Sequence record: MZ291552.2
Direction: 5' to 3' (one strand)
From: Escherichia phage vB_EcoM-UFV09
Length of the DNA stretch: 64,000 nt
In this document: positions 47,322 to 58,827 of the stretch, one piece after another
Numbering within the stretch: the stretch's first letter is position 1
Layout: each line of letters begins with the position of its first letter
The notes under the pieces: model-generated
Told to the model about the DNA's origin: nothing
Databases searched by the model: none
What the model saw: the letters and a program-made list of their open reading frames with translations, nothing else
Program-made: the position numbers and the translations under genes

Positions 47322-47947
47322 TACAATAGCTCAAAGAATTCTTTGAGTCCTCTTATTACATGAGCGTGAGTTTTTCCACACTCTGGACATTTAATTGGAA
47401 CAGCCAAATAAACAGTAGGCTTTAAAAGAATATCTTTTATAGCTACAATATCTGACTCTGTGATGATAGAATATAAATCTTCCAACTCTTTTTCATTCAA
47501 GTCTTCAACTGGAATGCTTTCCCCGTTAGCGTGAATCGTTTCTATACATGATACTATCATGTGGGCTATATTTTTATCATCAAAAATTTTAGGGTAATGG
47601 AATTTAATTTTAATGTCACCCAGTGTATACCAGAGGTCTTCTGGTGCATCTATTTGTGTATGTAATAGATTTATATGGGTTGGTATTTCAGTTCCGCAGG
47701 TGCACTTCCAGGAGTTTTCGTGATTAACTTCGCCAAGAGAATGTGCCCATAAATGAATCAACAATAGTTCTGATTCTTGACGATTTAAATCTTTTGCATT
47801 TGTGCAGTCTTTGATTAGCTTTTTAACAATTACTTCTACGGAACCATTATTTTTGGCAGTAATAAGTTCTAGATATTCTTTAAGCGTGAATGCGCGACAA
47901 TTGATTATTTTAGAACCAACTCTCACATCAAATTTGTATTCATACAT
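47321..47947 (-). CDS. 26: gp26 baseplate hub protein
   Basis: 208 aa; T4 order. Confidence 0.93.
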   Translation of the reverse strand: MYEYKFDVRVGSKIINCRAFTLKEYLELITAKNNGSVEVIVKKLIKDCTNAKDLNRQESELLLIHLWAHSLGEVNHENSWKCTCGTEIPTHINLLHTQIDAPEDLWYTLGDIKIKFHYPKIFDDKNIAHMIVSCIETIHANGESIPVEDLNEKELEDLYSIITESDIVAIKDILLKPTVYLAVPIKCPECGKTHAHVIRGLKEFFELL

Positions 47948-47968
47948 ATTTAGCTCCTTTATTTATCA

Positions 47969-47976
47969 TATTTATA
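47969..47976 (-). promoter_or_regulatory. T4 late promoter TATAAATA for gene 26 (divergent)
   Basis: TATTTATA on the + strand; overlaps the + strand promoter at 47973-47980 in the palindromic ATATTTATAAATA. Confidence 0.55.
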
Positions 47977-47980
47977 AATA
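47973..47980 (+). promoter_or_regulatory. T4 late promoter TATAAATA for gene 51
   Basis: Exact TATAAATA 18 nt upstream of the gene 51 ATG, followed by AAAGGAG Shine-Dalgarno. Confidence 0.6.
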
Positions 47981-47997
47981 GAATAAAAGGAGCATCT

Positions 47998-48750
47998 ATG
48001 GCAAACATTATTCGTTGTAAATTACCAGATGGTGTTCATCGTTTTAAACCATTTACGGTAGAAGATTATCGAGATTTTTTGTTAGTTCGAAACGATATAG
48101 AACATCGGTCACCACAAGAACAAAAAGAAGTAATTGCTGATTTAATTGCTGATTATTTTGGAGACTATCCAAAGACTTGGCAACCATTTATATTTTTGCA
48201 GGTATTTGTAGGTTCAATAGGTAAAACTAAAGTACCAGTCACATTTGTATGTCCAAAATGTAAAAAAGAAAAGACAGTTCCATTTGAAATATATCAAAAA
48301 GAATTAAAGGAACCTATTTTTGATGTAGCTAATGTTAAAATTAAATTAAATTTTCCTTCTGAGTTTTATGAAAATAAAGCAAAGATGATTACTGAAAATA
48401 TTCATTCTGTTCAAGTAGATGAAATGTGGTATGATTGGAAGGAAATTAGTGAATCAAGTCAAATAGAACTTGTTGACGCCATCGAGATAGAAACATTAGA
48501 AAAAATTCTCGATGCAATGAATCCTATTAATTTAACATTGCACATGTCGTGTTGCGATAAGTACATTAAAAAATACACTGATATAGTAGATGTGTTTAAG
48601 CTATTAGTTAATCCAGATGAGATATTTACTTTTTATCAAATCAATCACACGCTTGTAAAAAGTAATTATAGCTTAAATTCAATAATGAAAATGATTCCTG
48701 CCGAGCGCGGATTCGTATTAAAACTGATTGAGAAGGATAAACATCAATGA
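47998..48750 (+). CDS. 51: gp51 baseplate hub assembly catalyst
   Basis: 250 aa; T4 order. Confidence 0.93.
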   Translation: MANIIRCKLPDGVHRFKPFTVEDYRDFLLVRNDIEHRSPQEQKEVIADLIADYFGDYPKTWQPFIFLQVFVGSIGKTKVPVTFVCPKCKKEKTVPFEIYQKELKEPIFDVANVKIKLNFPSEFYENKAKMITENIHSVQVDEMWYDWKEISESSQIELVDAIEIETLEKILDAMNPINLTLHMSCCDKYIKKYTDIVDVFKLLVNPDEIFTFYQINHTLVKSNYSLNSIMKMIPAERGFVLKLIEKDKHQ

Positions 48751-49919
48751 GTATGTTACAACGTCCTGGATATCCAAATCTCAGCGTTAAATTATTTGAG
48801 AGTTATGACGCTTGGAGTAATAATAGATTTGTTGAATTAGCTGCTACTATTACCACATTAACTATGCGTGACTCTCTTTATGGTCGAAATGAAGGAATGC
48901 TGCAGTTTTATGATTCTAAAAACATCCATACAAAAATGGATGGAAATGAAATAATTCAGATTTCTGTAGCTAATGCAAACGATATTAATAATGTTAAAAC
49001 ACGAATTTATGGATGCAAGCATTTTTCCGTGTCAGTAGATTCAAAAGGCGATAACATCATTGCTATTGAATTGGGAACTATTCATTCTATAGAAAATCTT
49101 AAATTTGGTAGACCATTTTTCCCTGATGCCGGTGAATCTATAAAGGAAATGCTTGGCGTAATTTATCAAGATCGTACATTATTAACTCCAGCGATAAATG
49201 CTATTAATGCTTATGTTCCTGATATTCCATGGACTAGCACATTTGAAAACTATTTGTCATATGTAAGAGAAGTTGCTCTAGCGGTAGGAAGCGATAAGTT
49301 CGTGTTTGTATGGCAAGACATCATGGGAGTTAACATGATGGACTATGATATGATGATAAATCAAGAACCATATCCAATGATTGTCGGTGAGCCAACTTTA
49401 ATAGGTCAATTCGTCCAAGAATTGAAATATCCATTAGCATATGATTTTGTTTGGTTGACTAAATCAAACCCGCATAAACGCGATCCAATGAAAAATGCTA
49501 CTATCTATGCTCATTCATTTTTAGATTCTTCATTACCAATGATTACTACAGGAAAGGGTGAAAACTCTATTGTAGTGTCAAGGTCAGGTGCTTATTCTGA
49601 AATGACTTATAGAAATGGATATGAAGAAGCTATTCGTCTTCAGACTATGGCGCAGTATGATGGTTACGCTAAATGTTCTACTGTCGGTAATTTTAACTTG
49701 ACTCCTGGCGTTAAAATTATTTTTAATGATAGTAAAAACCAATTTAAAACAGAATTTTACGTTGATGAAGTTATTCACGAATTATCAAATAATAATTCCG
49801 TAACTCATCTTTATATGTTCACTAATGCAACGAAACTGGAAACAATCGACCCAGTTAAGGTTAAAAATGAATTTAAAACTGATACTACCACTGAAGAAAG
49901 TAGTTCTTCCGATAAGTAA
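48747..49919 (+). CDS. 27: gp27 baseplate hub protein
   Basis: 390 aa; T4 order. Confidence 0.95.
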   Translation: MSMLQRPGYPNLSVKLFESYDAWSNNRFVELAATITTLTMRDSLYGRNEGMLQFYDSKNIHTKMDGNEIIQISVANANDINNVKTRIYGCKHFSVSVDSKGDNIIAIELGTIHSIENLKFGRPFFPDAGESIKEMLGVIYQDRTLLTPAINAINAYVPDIPWTSTFENYLSYVREVALAVGSDKFVFVWQDIMGVNMMDYDMMINQEPYPMIVGEPTLIGQFVQELKYPLAYDFVWLTKSNPHKRDPMKNATIYAHSFLDSSLPMITTGKGENSIVVSRSGAYSEMTYRNGYEEAIRLQTMAQYDGYAKCSTVGNFNLTPGVKIIFNDSKNQFKTEFYVDEVIHELSNNNSVTHLYMFTNATKLETIDPVKVKNEFKTDTTTEESSSSDK

Positions 49920-50400
49920 TAAAGAAGTTTCTATTCCTAAGATGGGTCTTAAACATTATAACATTTTAAAAGATGTTAAAGGTCCTGATGAAAATTTAAA
50001 GCTTCTTATTGATTCTATTTGTCCAAATTTATCACCGGCAGAAGTTGATTTCGTTTCTATTCATTTGCTAGAATTTAATGGAAAGATTAAATCTCGTAAA
50101 GAAATAGATGGTTATACTTATGATATTAATGACGTTTATGTATGTCAAAGATTGGAATTTCAATACCAAGGAAATACATTTTATTTTAGACCTCCTGGAA
50201 AATTTGAACAATTTTTAACTGTAAGCGATATGTTATCCAAATGCTTGCTTAAGGTCAATGATGAAGTTAAAGAAATTAATTTTCTTGAGATGCCAGCATT
50301 TGTTTTAAAATGGGCAAATGATATTTCTACAACTTTAGCAATTCCTGGCCCTAATGGTCCAATAACCGGAATTGGCAATATTATTGGATTATTTGAATGA
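49867..50400 (+). CDS. 28: gp28 baseplate hub distal subunit
   Basis: Start set at MNLKLILP (177 aa), overlapping the end of gene 27. Confidence 0.85.
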   Translation: MNLKLILPLKKVVLPISNKEVSIPKMGLKHYNILKDVKGPDENLKLLIDSICPNLSPAEVDFVSIHLLEFNGKIKSRKEIDGYTYDINDVYVCQRLEFQYQGNTFYFRPPGKFEQFLTVSDMLSKCLLKVNDEVKEINFLEMPAFVLKWANDISTTLAIPGPNGPITGIGNIIGLFE

Positions 50401-52169
50401 AAAAGCCACAAGAAATGCAAACGATGCGTAGAAAAGTTATTTCAGATAATAAACCAACACAGGAAGCGGCTAAATCCGCTTCTAATACTTTATCTGGTCT
50501 TAATGACATTTCTACAAAATTAGATGATGCTCAAGCTGCCTCTGAATTAATAGCTCAAACTGTCGAAGAAAAATCGAATGAAATAGTTGGAGCAATTGAT
50601 AACGTTGAAAGCGCAGTAAGTGATACTACTGCCGGTTCTGAGTTAATTGCTGAAACTGTTGAAATTGGCAACAATATTAATAAAGAAATCGGTGAATCGC
50701 TCGGAAGCAAATTAGATAAATTAACAAGTTTACTGGAACAAAAAATTCAGACAGCTGGAATTCAGCAAACTGGAACGAGTTTAGCAGTAGTCGAAAATGC
50801 TATTCCTGTTAAAGTCGTCGAGGATGATACAGCTGAATCTGTGGGTCCTTTATTACCGGCTCCTGAAGCAGTTAATAATGATCCTGATGCTGATTTTTTC
50901 CCTACTCCTCAGCCAATTGAACAAAAACAAGAGTCTCCAGAAGAGAAGCAAAAAAGAGACGCATTTAACTTAAAAATATCTAATGCATTAGATAAATTAA
51001 CAAAGACAGTTGATTTCGGATTTAAGAAATCTATTTCAATTACTGATAAAATATCTAGTATGCTATTTAAGTATACCGTCAGTGCTGCTATTGAAGCTGC
51101 TAAAATGGTTGCATTGATAATGGCTGTTGTTATTGGAATAGACCTGCTGATGGTTCATTTTAAATACTGGTCAGATAAATTTTCAAAAGCCTGGGATTTA
51201 TTTGGTACTGATTTTACTAAATTCTCTAGCGAAACCGGAACATGGGGTCCTTTATTACAGAGCATCTTTGATTCTATTGATAAAATTAAACAACTTTGGG
51301 AAGCTGGAGATTGGGGCGGATTAACAGTAGCTATTGTTGAAGGGCTTGGAAGTGTTCTTTATAATTTAGGAGAGCTTATTCAATTAGGTATGGCTAAATT
51401 ATCTGCAGCAATTCTTCGAGTCATTCCTGGCATGAAGGATACTGCTGATGAAGTAGAAGGAAGAGCATTAGAAAATTTCCAAAATTCTACTGGAGCATCT
51501 CTTAATAAAGAAGACCAAGAAAAAGTAGCAAATTATCAAGATAAACGAATGAATGACGATCTTGGCCCAATAGCAAAAGGATTAGACAAAATTGCGAACT
51601 GGAAAACTCGTGCATCTAACTGGATTCGTGGTGTAGATAATAAAGAAGCATTGACTACTGACGAAGAACGTGCAGCAGAAGAAGAAAAATTAAAACAACT
51701 TTCACCGGAAGAAAGAAAAAATGCTTTAATGAAAGCTAATGAAGCTCGTGCTGCGATGATTCGTTTTGAAAAATACGCTGATTCAGCTGATATGAGCAAA
51801 GACTCGACAGTTAAATCAATTGAAGCTGCTCATGAAGACCTTAAAAAACGAATGAATGATCCGGATTTAAATAATTCACCAGCGGTTAAAAAAGAACTTG
51901 CTTCTAGATTTGCTAAAATTGATGCCACTTATCAAGAGCTCAAGAAAAATCAACCTGAAGCAAAACCTGAAACTTCTGCTAAATCACCAGAAGCAAAACA
52001 GGTCCAGGTGATTGAAAAGAACAAAGCACAACAAGCTCCTGTTCAACAAGCATCTCCTTCAATCAATAATACTAATAATGTTATTAAGAAAAATACTGTC
52101 GTTCATAACATGACACCTGTCACAAGCACAACTGCTCCTGGTGTATTTGGCGCGACGGGAGTTAATTAA
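50397..52169 (+). CDS. 29: gp29 baseplate hub / tail length determinant
   Basis: 590 aa; ATGA overlap with gene 28. Confidence 0.95.
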   Translation: MKKPQEMQTMRRKVISDNKPTQEAAKSASNTLSGLNDISTKLDDAQAASELIAQTVEEKSNEIVGAIDNVESAVSDTTAGSELIAETVEIGNNINKEIGESLGSKLDKLTSLLEQKIQTAGIQQTGTSLAVVENAIPVKVVEDDTAESVGPLLPAPEAVNNDPDADFFPTPQPIEQKQESPEEKQKRDAFNLKISNALDKLTKTVDFGFKKSISITDKISSMLFKYTVSAAIEAAKMVALIMAVVIGIDLLMVHFKYWSDKFSKAWDLFGTDFTKFSSETGTWGPLLQSIFDSIDKIKQLWEAGDWGGLTVAIVEGLGSVLYNLGELIQLGMAKLSAAILRVIPGMKDTADEVEGRALENFQNSTGASLNKEDQEKVANYQDKRMNDDLGPIAKGLDKIANWKTRASNWIRGVDNKEALTTDEERAAEEEKLKQLSPEERKNALMKANEARAAMIRFEKYADSADMSKDSTVKSIEAAHEDLKKRMNDPDLNNSPAVKKELASRFAKIDATYQELKKNQPEAKPETSAKSPEAKQVQVIEKNKAQQAPVQQASPSINNTNNVIKKNTVVHNMTPVTSTTAPGVFGATGVN

Positions 52170-52177
52170 GGAATAAT

Positions 52178-53272
52178 ATGGCAATTGTTAAAGAAATAAC
52201 TGCTGATTTAATTAAAAAGTCCGGTGAAACAATTTCAGCCGGACAGAGTACTAAATCAGAAGTAGGAACTAAAACATACACAGCCCAGTTTCCAACTGGG
52301 CGTGCTAGTGGTAATGACACTACAGGGGACTTCCAGGTAACAGATCTATATAAGAATGGATTATTATTTACTGCATACAATATGTCATCTAGGGATTCTG
52401 GAAGTCTTAGAACGATGAGATCTAACTACTCTTCTTCATCTTCGAGTATTTTACGTACAGCCAGAAACACTATCAGTAATACAGTATCAAAACTATCAAA
52501 TGGACTAATATCAGATAATAATTCAGGAACAATAAGTAAAGTTCCTGTTGCAAATATTCTTTTACCTAGATCTAAATCTGACGTCGATACGTCATCACAT
52601 AGATTTAATGATGTTCAAGATAGTCTTATTACAAAAGGCGGAGGTACTGCTACTGGTGTGCTAAGCAATATGGCTTCAACCGCAGTATTTGGAGCGTTGG
52701 AAAGTATAACACAAGGTATAATGGCTGATAATAATGAACAGATCTATACAACAGCCAGAAGCATGTACGGCGGTGCTGAAAATAGAACAAAAGTGTTCAC
52801 TTGGGATTTGACTCCACGCTCAACAGAAGATTTAATGGCTATTATTAATATCTATCAGTATTTTAACTATTTTTCTTACGGTGAAACTGGTAAATCTCAA
52901 TATGCTGCTGAAATAAAAGGATATTTAGATGAGTGGTATCGTTCTACATTTATTGAACCATTAACGCCAGAAGACGCGATTAAAAACAAGACGTTATTTG
53001 AAAAAATGACATCGAGTTTAACGAACGTTCTTGTAGTTTCAAACCCGACAATTTGGATGGTGAAAAACTTTGGTGCAACTTCTAAATTTGATGGAAAGAC
53101 TGAAGTATTCGGTCCATGCCAAATACAGAGTATTAGATTTGATAAAACACCAAATGGTAACTTTAATGGATTAGCTATTGCTCCTAACCTTCCAAGTTCT
53201 TTTACACTCGAGATTACTATGAGAGAGATTATTACGTTAAACCGTGCTTCTTTATATACGGGGACTTTCTAA
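52178..53272 (+). CDS. 48: gp48 baseplate tail tube cap
   Basis: 364 aa; T4 order. Confidence 0.95.
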   Translation: MAIVKEITADLIKKSGETISAGQSTKSEVGTKTYTAQFPTGRASGNDTTGDFQVTDLYKNGLLFTAYNMSSRDSGSLRTMRSNYSSSSSSILRTARNTISNTVSKLSNGLISDNNSGTISKVPVANILLPRSKSDVDTSSHRFNDVQDSLITKGGGTATGVLSNMASTAVFGALESITQGIMADNNEQIYTTARSMYGGAENRTKVFTWDLTPRSTEDLMAIINIYQYFNYFSYGETGKSQYAAEIKGYLDEWYRSTFIEPLTPEDAIKNKTLFEKMTSSLTNVLVVSNPTIWMVKNFGATSKFDGKTEVFGPCQIQSIRFDKTPNGNFNGLAIAPNLPSSFTLEITMREIITLNRASLYTGTF

Positions 53273-54237
53273 TGTATTCTTTAGAGGAATTTAATAATCA
53301 AGCAATAAACGCAGACTTCCAACGTAATAATATGTTCAGCTGTGTTTTTGCTACAACTCCATCAACTAAAAGCTCATCGTTAATAAGCTCAATTAGTAAC
53401 TTTGCTTATAATAACTTGGGTCTAAATTCAGATTGGTTGGGATTAACTCAAGGTGATATTAATCAGGGAATTACCACGCTAATTACTGCTGGCACACAAA
53501 AACTAATAAGAAAATCGGGAGTCAGTAAATATCTTATTGGCGCTATGAGTCAGCGTACTGTTCAGAGTTTATTAGGCTCATTTACAGTTGGTACATATTT
53601 AATTGACTTCTTTAACATGGCATATAACTCATCTGGATTGATGATATACTCTGTAAAAATGCCAGAGAATAGATTATCCTATGAAACTGACTGGAACTAT
53701 AATTCTCCTAATATTCGTATAACTGGAAGAGAATTAGACCCTTTGGTTATTTCATTCAGAATGGATTCAGAAGCTTGTAACTATCGTGCAATGCAAGACT
53801 GGGTTAACGCTGTTCAAGACCCAGTAACTGGATTGCGTGCTTTGCCGCAAGATGTCGAGGCAGATATTCAGGTTAATCTTCATTCTCGCAATGGATTACC
53901 TCATACTGCGGTGATGTTCACTGGATGCATTCCAATATCAGTGAGCGCTCCTGAGTTATCATATGATGGAGATAACCAAATAACTACATTTGACGTTACT
54001 TTTGCGTATAGAGTGATGCAGGCTGGAGCAGTTGATAGACAAGCTGCCCTTGAATGGCTTGAATCTGCTACTATAAATGGTATTCAAAGCGTTCTCGGAA
54101 ATAGTGGAGGTGTTACTGGACTATCTAATTCGCTTTCACGACTTAGTAGATTAGGGGGAACTGCAGGAAGCATTTCAAATATTAATACTATGACAGGAAT
54201 TGTCAATTCGCAAAGTAAAATATTAGGAGCAATATAA
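53272..54237 (+). CDS. 54: gp54 baseplate tail tube initiator
   Basis: 321 aa; overlaps gene 48 stop. Confidence 0.95.
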   Translation: MYSLEEFNNQAINADFQRNNMFSCVFATTPSTKSSSLISSISNFAYNNLGLNSDWLGLTQGDINQGITTLITAGTQKLIRKSGVSKYLIGAMSQRTVQSLLGSFTVGTYLIDFFNMAYNSSGLMIYSVKMPENRLSYETDWNYNSPNIRITGRELDPLVISFRMDSEACNYRAMQDWVNAVQDPVTGLRALPQDVEADIQVNLHSRNGLPHTAVMFTGCIPISVSAPELSYDGDNQITTFDVTFAYRVMQAGAVDRQAALEWLESATINGIQSVLGNSGGVTGLSNSLSRLSRLGGTAGSISNINTMTGIVNSQSKILGAI

Positions 54238-54240
54238 CAA

Positions 54241-54265
54241 TGGGGACCGAAAGGTCCCCATATTT
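54241..54265. terminator. Bidirectional terminator between gene 54 and the alt region
   Basis: Hairpin GGGGACC-GAAA-GGTCCCC flanked by A/T runs. Confidence 0.55.
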
Positions 54266-54556
54266 TTATTTACGGAATGAAATAAAAGCAGCAACTGAAG
54301 CAACAGAGGTTTCTTCAATATAAACCTCAATTTTTACCGGAGCTTCTGACTCAAATTTACCTGTTACTACACCTTGGAAAATACTTTCAGTCTGTTCTGG
54401 CTTTGAAAAATTTTCAGAAGGAAAAATTCCAAACTTTTTATCGGTTCCGAAAATTTTAATAAATTCATCATAAACTGCTTCATTGAAAGCGTTATCAGCG
54501 GGAATAACGCCTTCAACGACGAGTTCTTGACCTAAAAAGCGCAAAGAAGATTTCAT
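54266..54556 (-). CDS. Hypothetical protein downstream of alt
   Basis: 96-aa ORF with an early-type promoter upstream (54588-54617). Confidence 0.6.
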   Translation of the reverse strand: MKSSLRFLGQELVVEGVIPADNAFNEAVYDEFIKIFGTDKKFGIFPSENFSKPEQTESIFQGVVTGKFESEAPVKIEVYIEETSVASVAAFISFRK

Positions 54557-54587
54557 TTTGTGTTCCTCATGTTATGTCAGTAAGATT

Positions 54588-54617
54588 ATTATAACACAAC
54601 ACGAGGGACTTGTAAAC
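54588..54617 (-). promoter_or_regulatory. T4 early-type promoter
   Basis: Minus strand: GTTTACA -35, 17-bp spacer, TATAAT -10. Confidence 0.5.
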
Positions 54618-56674
54618 TACATTTTGAACTTTTTAGACATTCCGTTGATGTTAACCAAAGAAGCTAAGATTTGAGAAACTTCGTTTTCCTCTTCTTTTGA
54701 TTCTTCTACAAGGAATTGATTAAATCCAGCCATTGGACGAACTTCACCAGTTTCCATCAGATGGTCGCCATCATATACTGATTCTTCTAATTGTTCAGAA
54801 GGAGGAACGATTGTACCTTCGATTAGATACTTGTTATAAGCAGTTTCTTTCATCATGTACGTACTTACTTTATTAATCTTCAGTAAAATTCCACGCGGCA
54901 AAATAACTTCAGCTTCGGATGGAAATCCTGATAAATGACCTGGAACGATAACTTTAACTCGTTCAGCTCCTTTAATTACCATACCTACATTAGTTTCAGC
55001 GTCTTCATTCGCATATGTAGAATGACTACCCATATGCATTAAATCTTCAGCATCAACTGAACCTTCTCCTTCACCAGAAAATACTGCTCCGGAATCATCT
55101 AAGGCCATATAATTTTTACCATATTCACCGAAGATATTTGGCTTGAGTGAAGTAGATACAAAGTTCTTGAAATAGAACATTTTATTTTCTATATTATGAC
55201 GTAAAGTTTTAAAGGTAACTTCTTGCCCACGATAAAGAGTAGTTCCTGGAGGAAGAACTGAACCTTTAGAAAATGCAGAATCCAGCGTCTCAATATGTTT
55301 AATAGCTCGTTCCATATATTCTTCACGGGTAGAATCAGGTTTACCTAGAAGGAACGAGTTCATTTCAACATATGAATCTGCGCAATAATCTTCAATTACA
55401 TCAGACTCAGCCTGAGTTAATCCTTTTGGAGTTACTTCAGTGCTTGCATATTCATATGCCTGAGCAGCAGATTCATCAATTAATTTATAAATTCCATTCA
55501 TTACAAATTGAATAATAGCTGTCTTTTCATCTGGTGTAGCTTTAGAACCTTTAACTAAATCATTGACAATTTTCTTAATAACATCAAAGCTATTAGAAAT
55601 ATTAATGTCAGCAAGATCGCTTAAAATTTTATCAGTTTTATAATCAAAGAATTCTTTATTCTTTAAATATTCTTGAGAACCTTGATATGTTATATCGCTC
55701 TGCAGCTTGATAGATGGATCGCGTAAACGTGCATGGGCCAATGCAATATGATTTCGGAAGCTTTCGAGTTCATAATCACTAGATTTAAAACGAGAAGCAC
55801 TTCTCATACCACCGATAGCTCCTTTGCTAAAGTTTGAACCAACCTGAATAACGCCAGAGTTCATTGGTCCTTCTGCTTTATATACCGGAACTTTAGATTC
55901 AAACTCTTGATATTTCTTAGCAGCGAAGCTATCACCCTGAAGTGAAGCATCAACAGTAGAATATTGAGCTTGTGCTGCTAATCGACGACTAATTTTAGTT
56001 TTCTGAATAACAGCTTGATCCGTGCGCTTATCATTTTCTAAAGCAATAGAAGCAGCAACAGCAACAGCTTTAGGAACAGCATTACCTGTTTTAACGTCTA
56101 CATAAACATCACCAACCTTTGATTCAACTTTTGTGAATAACTCGGTTGAAATAGGAGGTACACCTGGAATGTCTTCTAAATTGGCATTTTTACGGTAAAC
56201 CATAATATATGCGTACTTTTTATCATAATCCCAGATTTCCTTTAAAAGAACATATCGACCTGCTCCTTTAGTACGTACTAAACGGTCAGCAATAACTTGC
56301 ATTTGCCGAGCAGCGCCATTTGTTTTACTTTTTAGTACGCGGAATAAGCATGCATCAATTTTATACTGTTTCATTGTTTGAAGAGCAGTATCAAAAACAG
56401 CATTAATGACGCCAATTGGATTTCCACCCAAGTTTTTAAGCTTAACTAATGATAGTTTCTCATTAACGCCTATCATTACGATATGCATCATTTTGTCGCC
56501 TGGCTTAACGTTTTTATTCGTATCACCGCCAGAGGTGTATGTACAAAATCTAAATCCAGGAAGCACGCTTTCTTCACCTGCTTGAATAGCAAAAATTTGA
56601 GGTATTTTATGCTTAGGATTTAAGTTAACAACCGGCGCCGAAGCGCCGTCAAATAATTCTGTAATAAGTTCCAT
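54617..56674 (-). CDS. alt: Alt-like ADP-ribosyltransferase, copy A (head-packaged)
   Basis: 685 aa; N-terminus MELITELFDG; R-S-E signature of ADP-ribosyltransferases (TLYRGQ, FVSTSLKP, SEAEVILPRG). Confidence 0.85.
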   Translation of the reverse strand: MELITELFDGASAPVVNLNPKHKIPQIFAIQAGEESVLPGFRFCTYTSGGDTNKNVKPGDKMMHIVMIGVNEKLSLVKLKNLGGNPIGVINAVFDTALQTMKQYKIDACLFRVLKSKTNGAARQMQVIADRLVRTKGAGRYVLLKEIWDYDKKYAYIMVYRKNANLEDIPGVPPISTELFTKVESKVGDVYVDVKTGNAVPKAVAVAASIALENDKRTDQAVIQKTKISRRLAAQAQYSTVDASLQGDSFAAKKYQEFESKVPVYKAEGPMNSGVIQVGSNFSKGAIGGMRSASRFKSSDYELESFRNHIALAHARLRDPSIKLQSDITYQGSQEYLKNKEFFDYKTDKILSDLADINISNSFDVIKKIVNDLVKGSKATPDEKTAIIQFVMNGIYKLIDESAAQAYEYASTEVTPKGLTQAESDVIEDYCADSYVEMNSFLLGKPDSTREEYMERAIKHIETLDSAFSKGSVLPPGTTLYRGQEVTFKTLRHNIENKMFYFKNFVSTSLKPNIFGEYGKNYMALDDSGAVFSGEGEGSVDAEDLMHMGSHSTYANEDAETNVGMVIKGAERVKVIVPGHLSGFPSEAEVILPRGILLKINKVSTYMMKETAYNKYLIEGTIVPPSEQLEESVYDGDHLMETGEVRPMAGFNQFLVEESKEEENEVSQILASLVNINGMSKKFKM

Positions 56675-56677
56675 GAT

Positions 56678-58771
56678 TTATCCTTGAACGAACTTGTAAG
56701 GCATGTTTGTAATATCTATGCAAGACGCAATAATTCCAAGAGATGATTCTACTTTCTGTTTAATATTTGATGAAACAAATGATGCAAAGTCAACTCTGTC
56801 TTCTATTTCAATATCACCTGTCATTGCAACCAATTCACCAGTTTCCATTAAATGGTCTCCATCATAGATTACCGATTCGGTGAGCTCTTCCGTGGTCATA
56901 ACTTCAGCTTGAATGAGTTTTGTATTATTAGATGTTGTTCCGTCATTATTAGAAGCATCGATTATTTTATTAACTTTGACCATCAATCCACGCGGTAGAA
57001 TAACTTCAGCTTCTGTTGCTATTCCGAGACTTCCTGGATATACAACATTAACTTTATGAGCTCCATCAATTGCCCATCCTATTTGAACTTTAACATATTC
57101 AGGATTTTCTTTATACGCTCTTATTTCGTTTGGATTAATAGTTATTCCTTCTTCATTTTTATCAACTGTTAATTCATTGCGAGCTTCTGGTTCTAAAAGA
57201 CCAATACCAGCATGTGTGATTCCAAAACGTCCAAAAATGATAGGAGTTAAAGAAGTAGATACAAAATTTCTGAAGTAGAACACTTTATTTTTAACTAACG
57301 CTTCATATATAGGAGCAGTCATACTTTGAGCACGATAAACTGTAATGCCTTCTGGTATACGGTCACCATTTTCAAAAGCTGAATCTAAGTTATTTATAGC
57401 AGATTCAATTTCTTTTTCACTCATTACATCGTATCGTTCTGGATTGTAACGACCTAAAAGAAGATTATTGATGTCAGTATATCCTGAACCGCAATATTCT
57501 CTAATGCCACGCTTTTGTGATGGAGTATATTTAGAACCATCGCGGGCAATAGTAATATCAATCATTGGACCAGCACCAATTCCAGAAAAACTGTAAATCA
57601 TTCGTTTGAGGAATTTAGTTTTTGCTGCGTTCCAGGAATTTTTAGTTATTTCTTCCCAGACTTCATCTGGTTGTCCTTTACGATTTTTATTATGATTAGC
57701 AAGCCATTTATCTTTATAATCTTCAAAGAATTGATTTACAGCTGCTGCGTATTTCTCTAAACATTTTATTGAAGTAGTTGGTTCATTTTTAATTGCATTA
57801 AAAATTACTTCTTTAATTTTTTCTGAAACTTCACCGACTTGACTCATTGGAAAGAATTTATAATCATAGTGAAGTTCATCTGCCGTTCCTTCAGCAATAA
57901 TTTTTGCTGCCTTTGTTTTAGAAGCTAATGAATTAATTCCAATTTTCATTTCTTCTGCTTCGGGAATTAAAGGTGCAGTAGCTGGTTTATTAAAATTAGC
58001 TGCTGTAGATTCATACTTCTGGAATAATTCACTTTCAAATCTAGAAGATTCCAATGACTGACTTTGTGCAATTGCTCTACGGGAAATTTTAACTTTAACG
58101 ATTACAGCTTGGTCAGAACGTTTATCATTTTCTTGCGCAATAGATGCTGCAATTGCTTCATTTTTAGTTACTTGAGCTCCAGTATCTTTATTGATATAAA
58201 CATCACCGACCTTCGATTCAACTTTAGTAAAGAGTTCAGTGCTAATTTCTGGAACTCCTGGAATGTCTTCTAATGATACATTTTTGCGATGTATAAGAAT
58301 ATATGCATACTTTTTATCGTAATCCCAGAGTTCCTTAAGAAGGACGTATCTGCCACCTGAACGACTACGGATAAGTCTATCAGCAATAACTTGAATTTGT
58401 CGAGCTTGGCCAGCAGTTTTAGACTTAAGAATACGAAGCATGCAGGCATCAATTTTATATTGACGCATCGTTTGCATTGCAACAGTAAAAACTGAATTGA
58501 TATAATTAATTGGGCTTGGACCAAGACCTTTTAATTTAGCAATTGAGCCTTTAGCAGTTAATGTAAAAGGAACAATATGCATCATTTTATCGCCCATCTT
58601 TAAATCGCGATTAGTATCACCTCCAGATGTATAGGTACATAAACGAAAGCCTGGTTGTTCAATTGCATCATCAACATGAACTGAAAAAATTTGTGGTATT
58701 TTCTTCTTTGGATTTAAGTTTGTAATCGGAAGAGTAGTATCTTCGTCAAATAATTCTGTAATAAGTTCCAT
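56678..58771 (-). CDS. alt: Alt-like ADP-ribosyltransferase, copy B (head-packaged)
   Basis: 697 aa; N-terminus MELITELFDE; same signature (TVYRAQ, FVSTSLTP, TEAEVILPRG); diverged middle region. Confidence 0.85.
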   Translation of the reverse strand: MELITELFDEDTTLPITNLNPKKKIPQIFSVHVDDAIEQPGFRLCTYTSGGDTNRDLKMGDKMMHIVPFTLTAKGSIAKLKGLGPSPINYINSVFTVAMQTMRQYKIDACMLRILKSKTAGQARQIQVIADRLIRSRSGGRYVLLKELWDYDKKYAYILIHRKNVSLEDIPGVPEISTELFTKVESKVGDVYINKDTGAQVTKNEAIAASIAQENDKRSDQAVIVKVKISRRAIAQSQSLESSRFESELFQKYESTAANFNKPATAPLIPEAEEMKIGINSLASKTKAAKIIAEGTADELHYDYKFFPMSQVGEVSEKIKEVIFNAIKNEPTTSIKCLEKYAAAVNQFFEDYKDKWLANHNKNRKGQPDEVWEEITKNSWNAAKTKFLKRMIYSFSGIGAGPMIDITIARDGSKYTPSQKRGIREYCGSGYTDINNLLLGRYNPERYDVMSEKEIESAINNLDSAFENGDRIPEGITVYRAQSMTAPIYEALVKNKVFYFRNFVSTSLTPIIFGRFGITHAGIGLLEPEARNELTVDKNEEGITINPNEIRAYKENPEYVKVQIGWAIDGAHKVNVVYPGSLGIATEAEVILPRGLMVKVNKIIDASNNDGTTSNNTKLIQAEVMTTEELTESVIYDGDHLMETGELVAMTGDIEIEDRVDFASFVSSNIKQKVESSLGIIASCIDITNMPYKFVQG

Positions 58772-58827
58772 GTTATCCTCTCTAGTGTTTATTCTATTTA
58801 TAAAATTAAAGGCCCGAAGGCCTTTAA

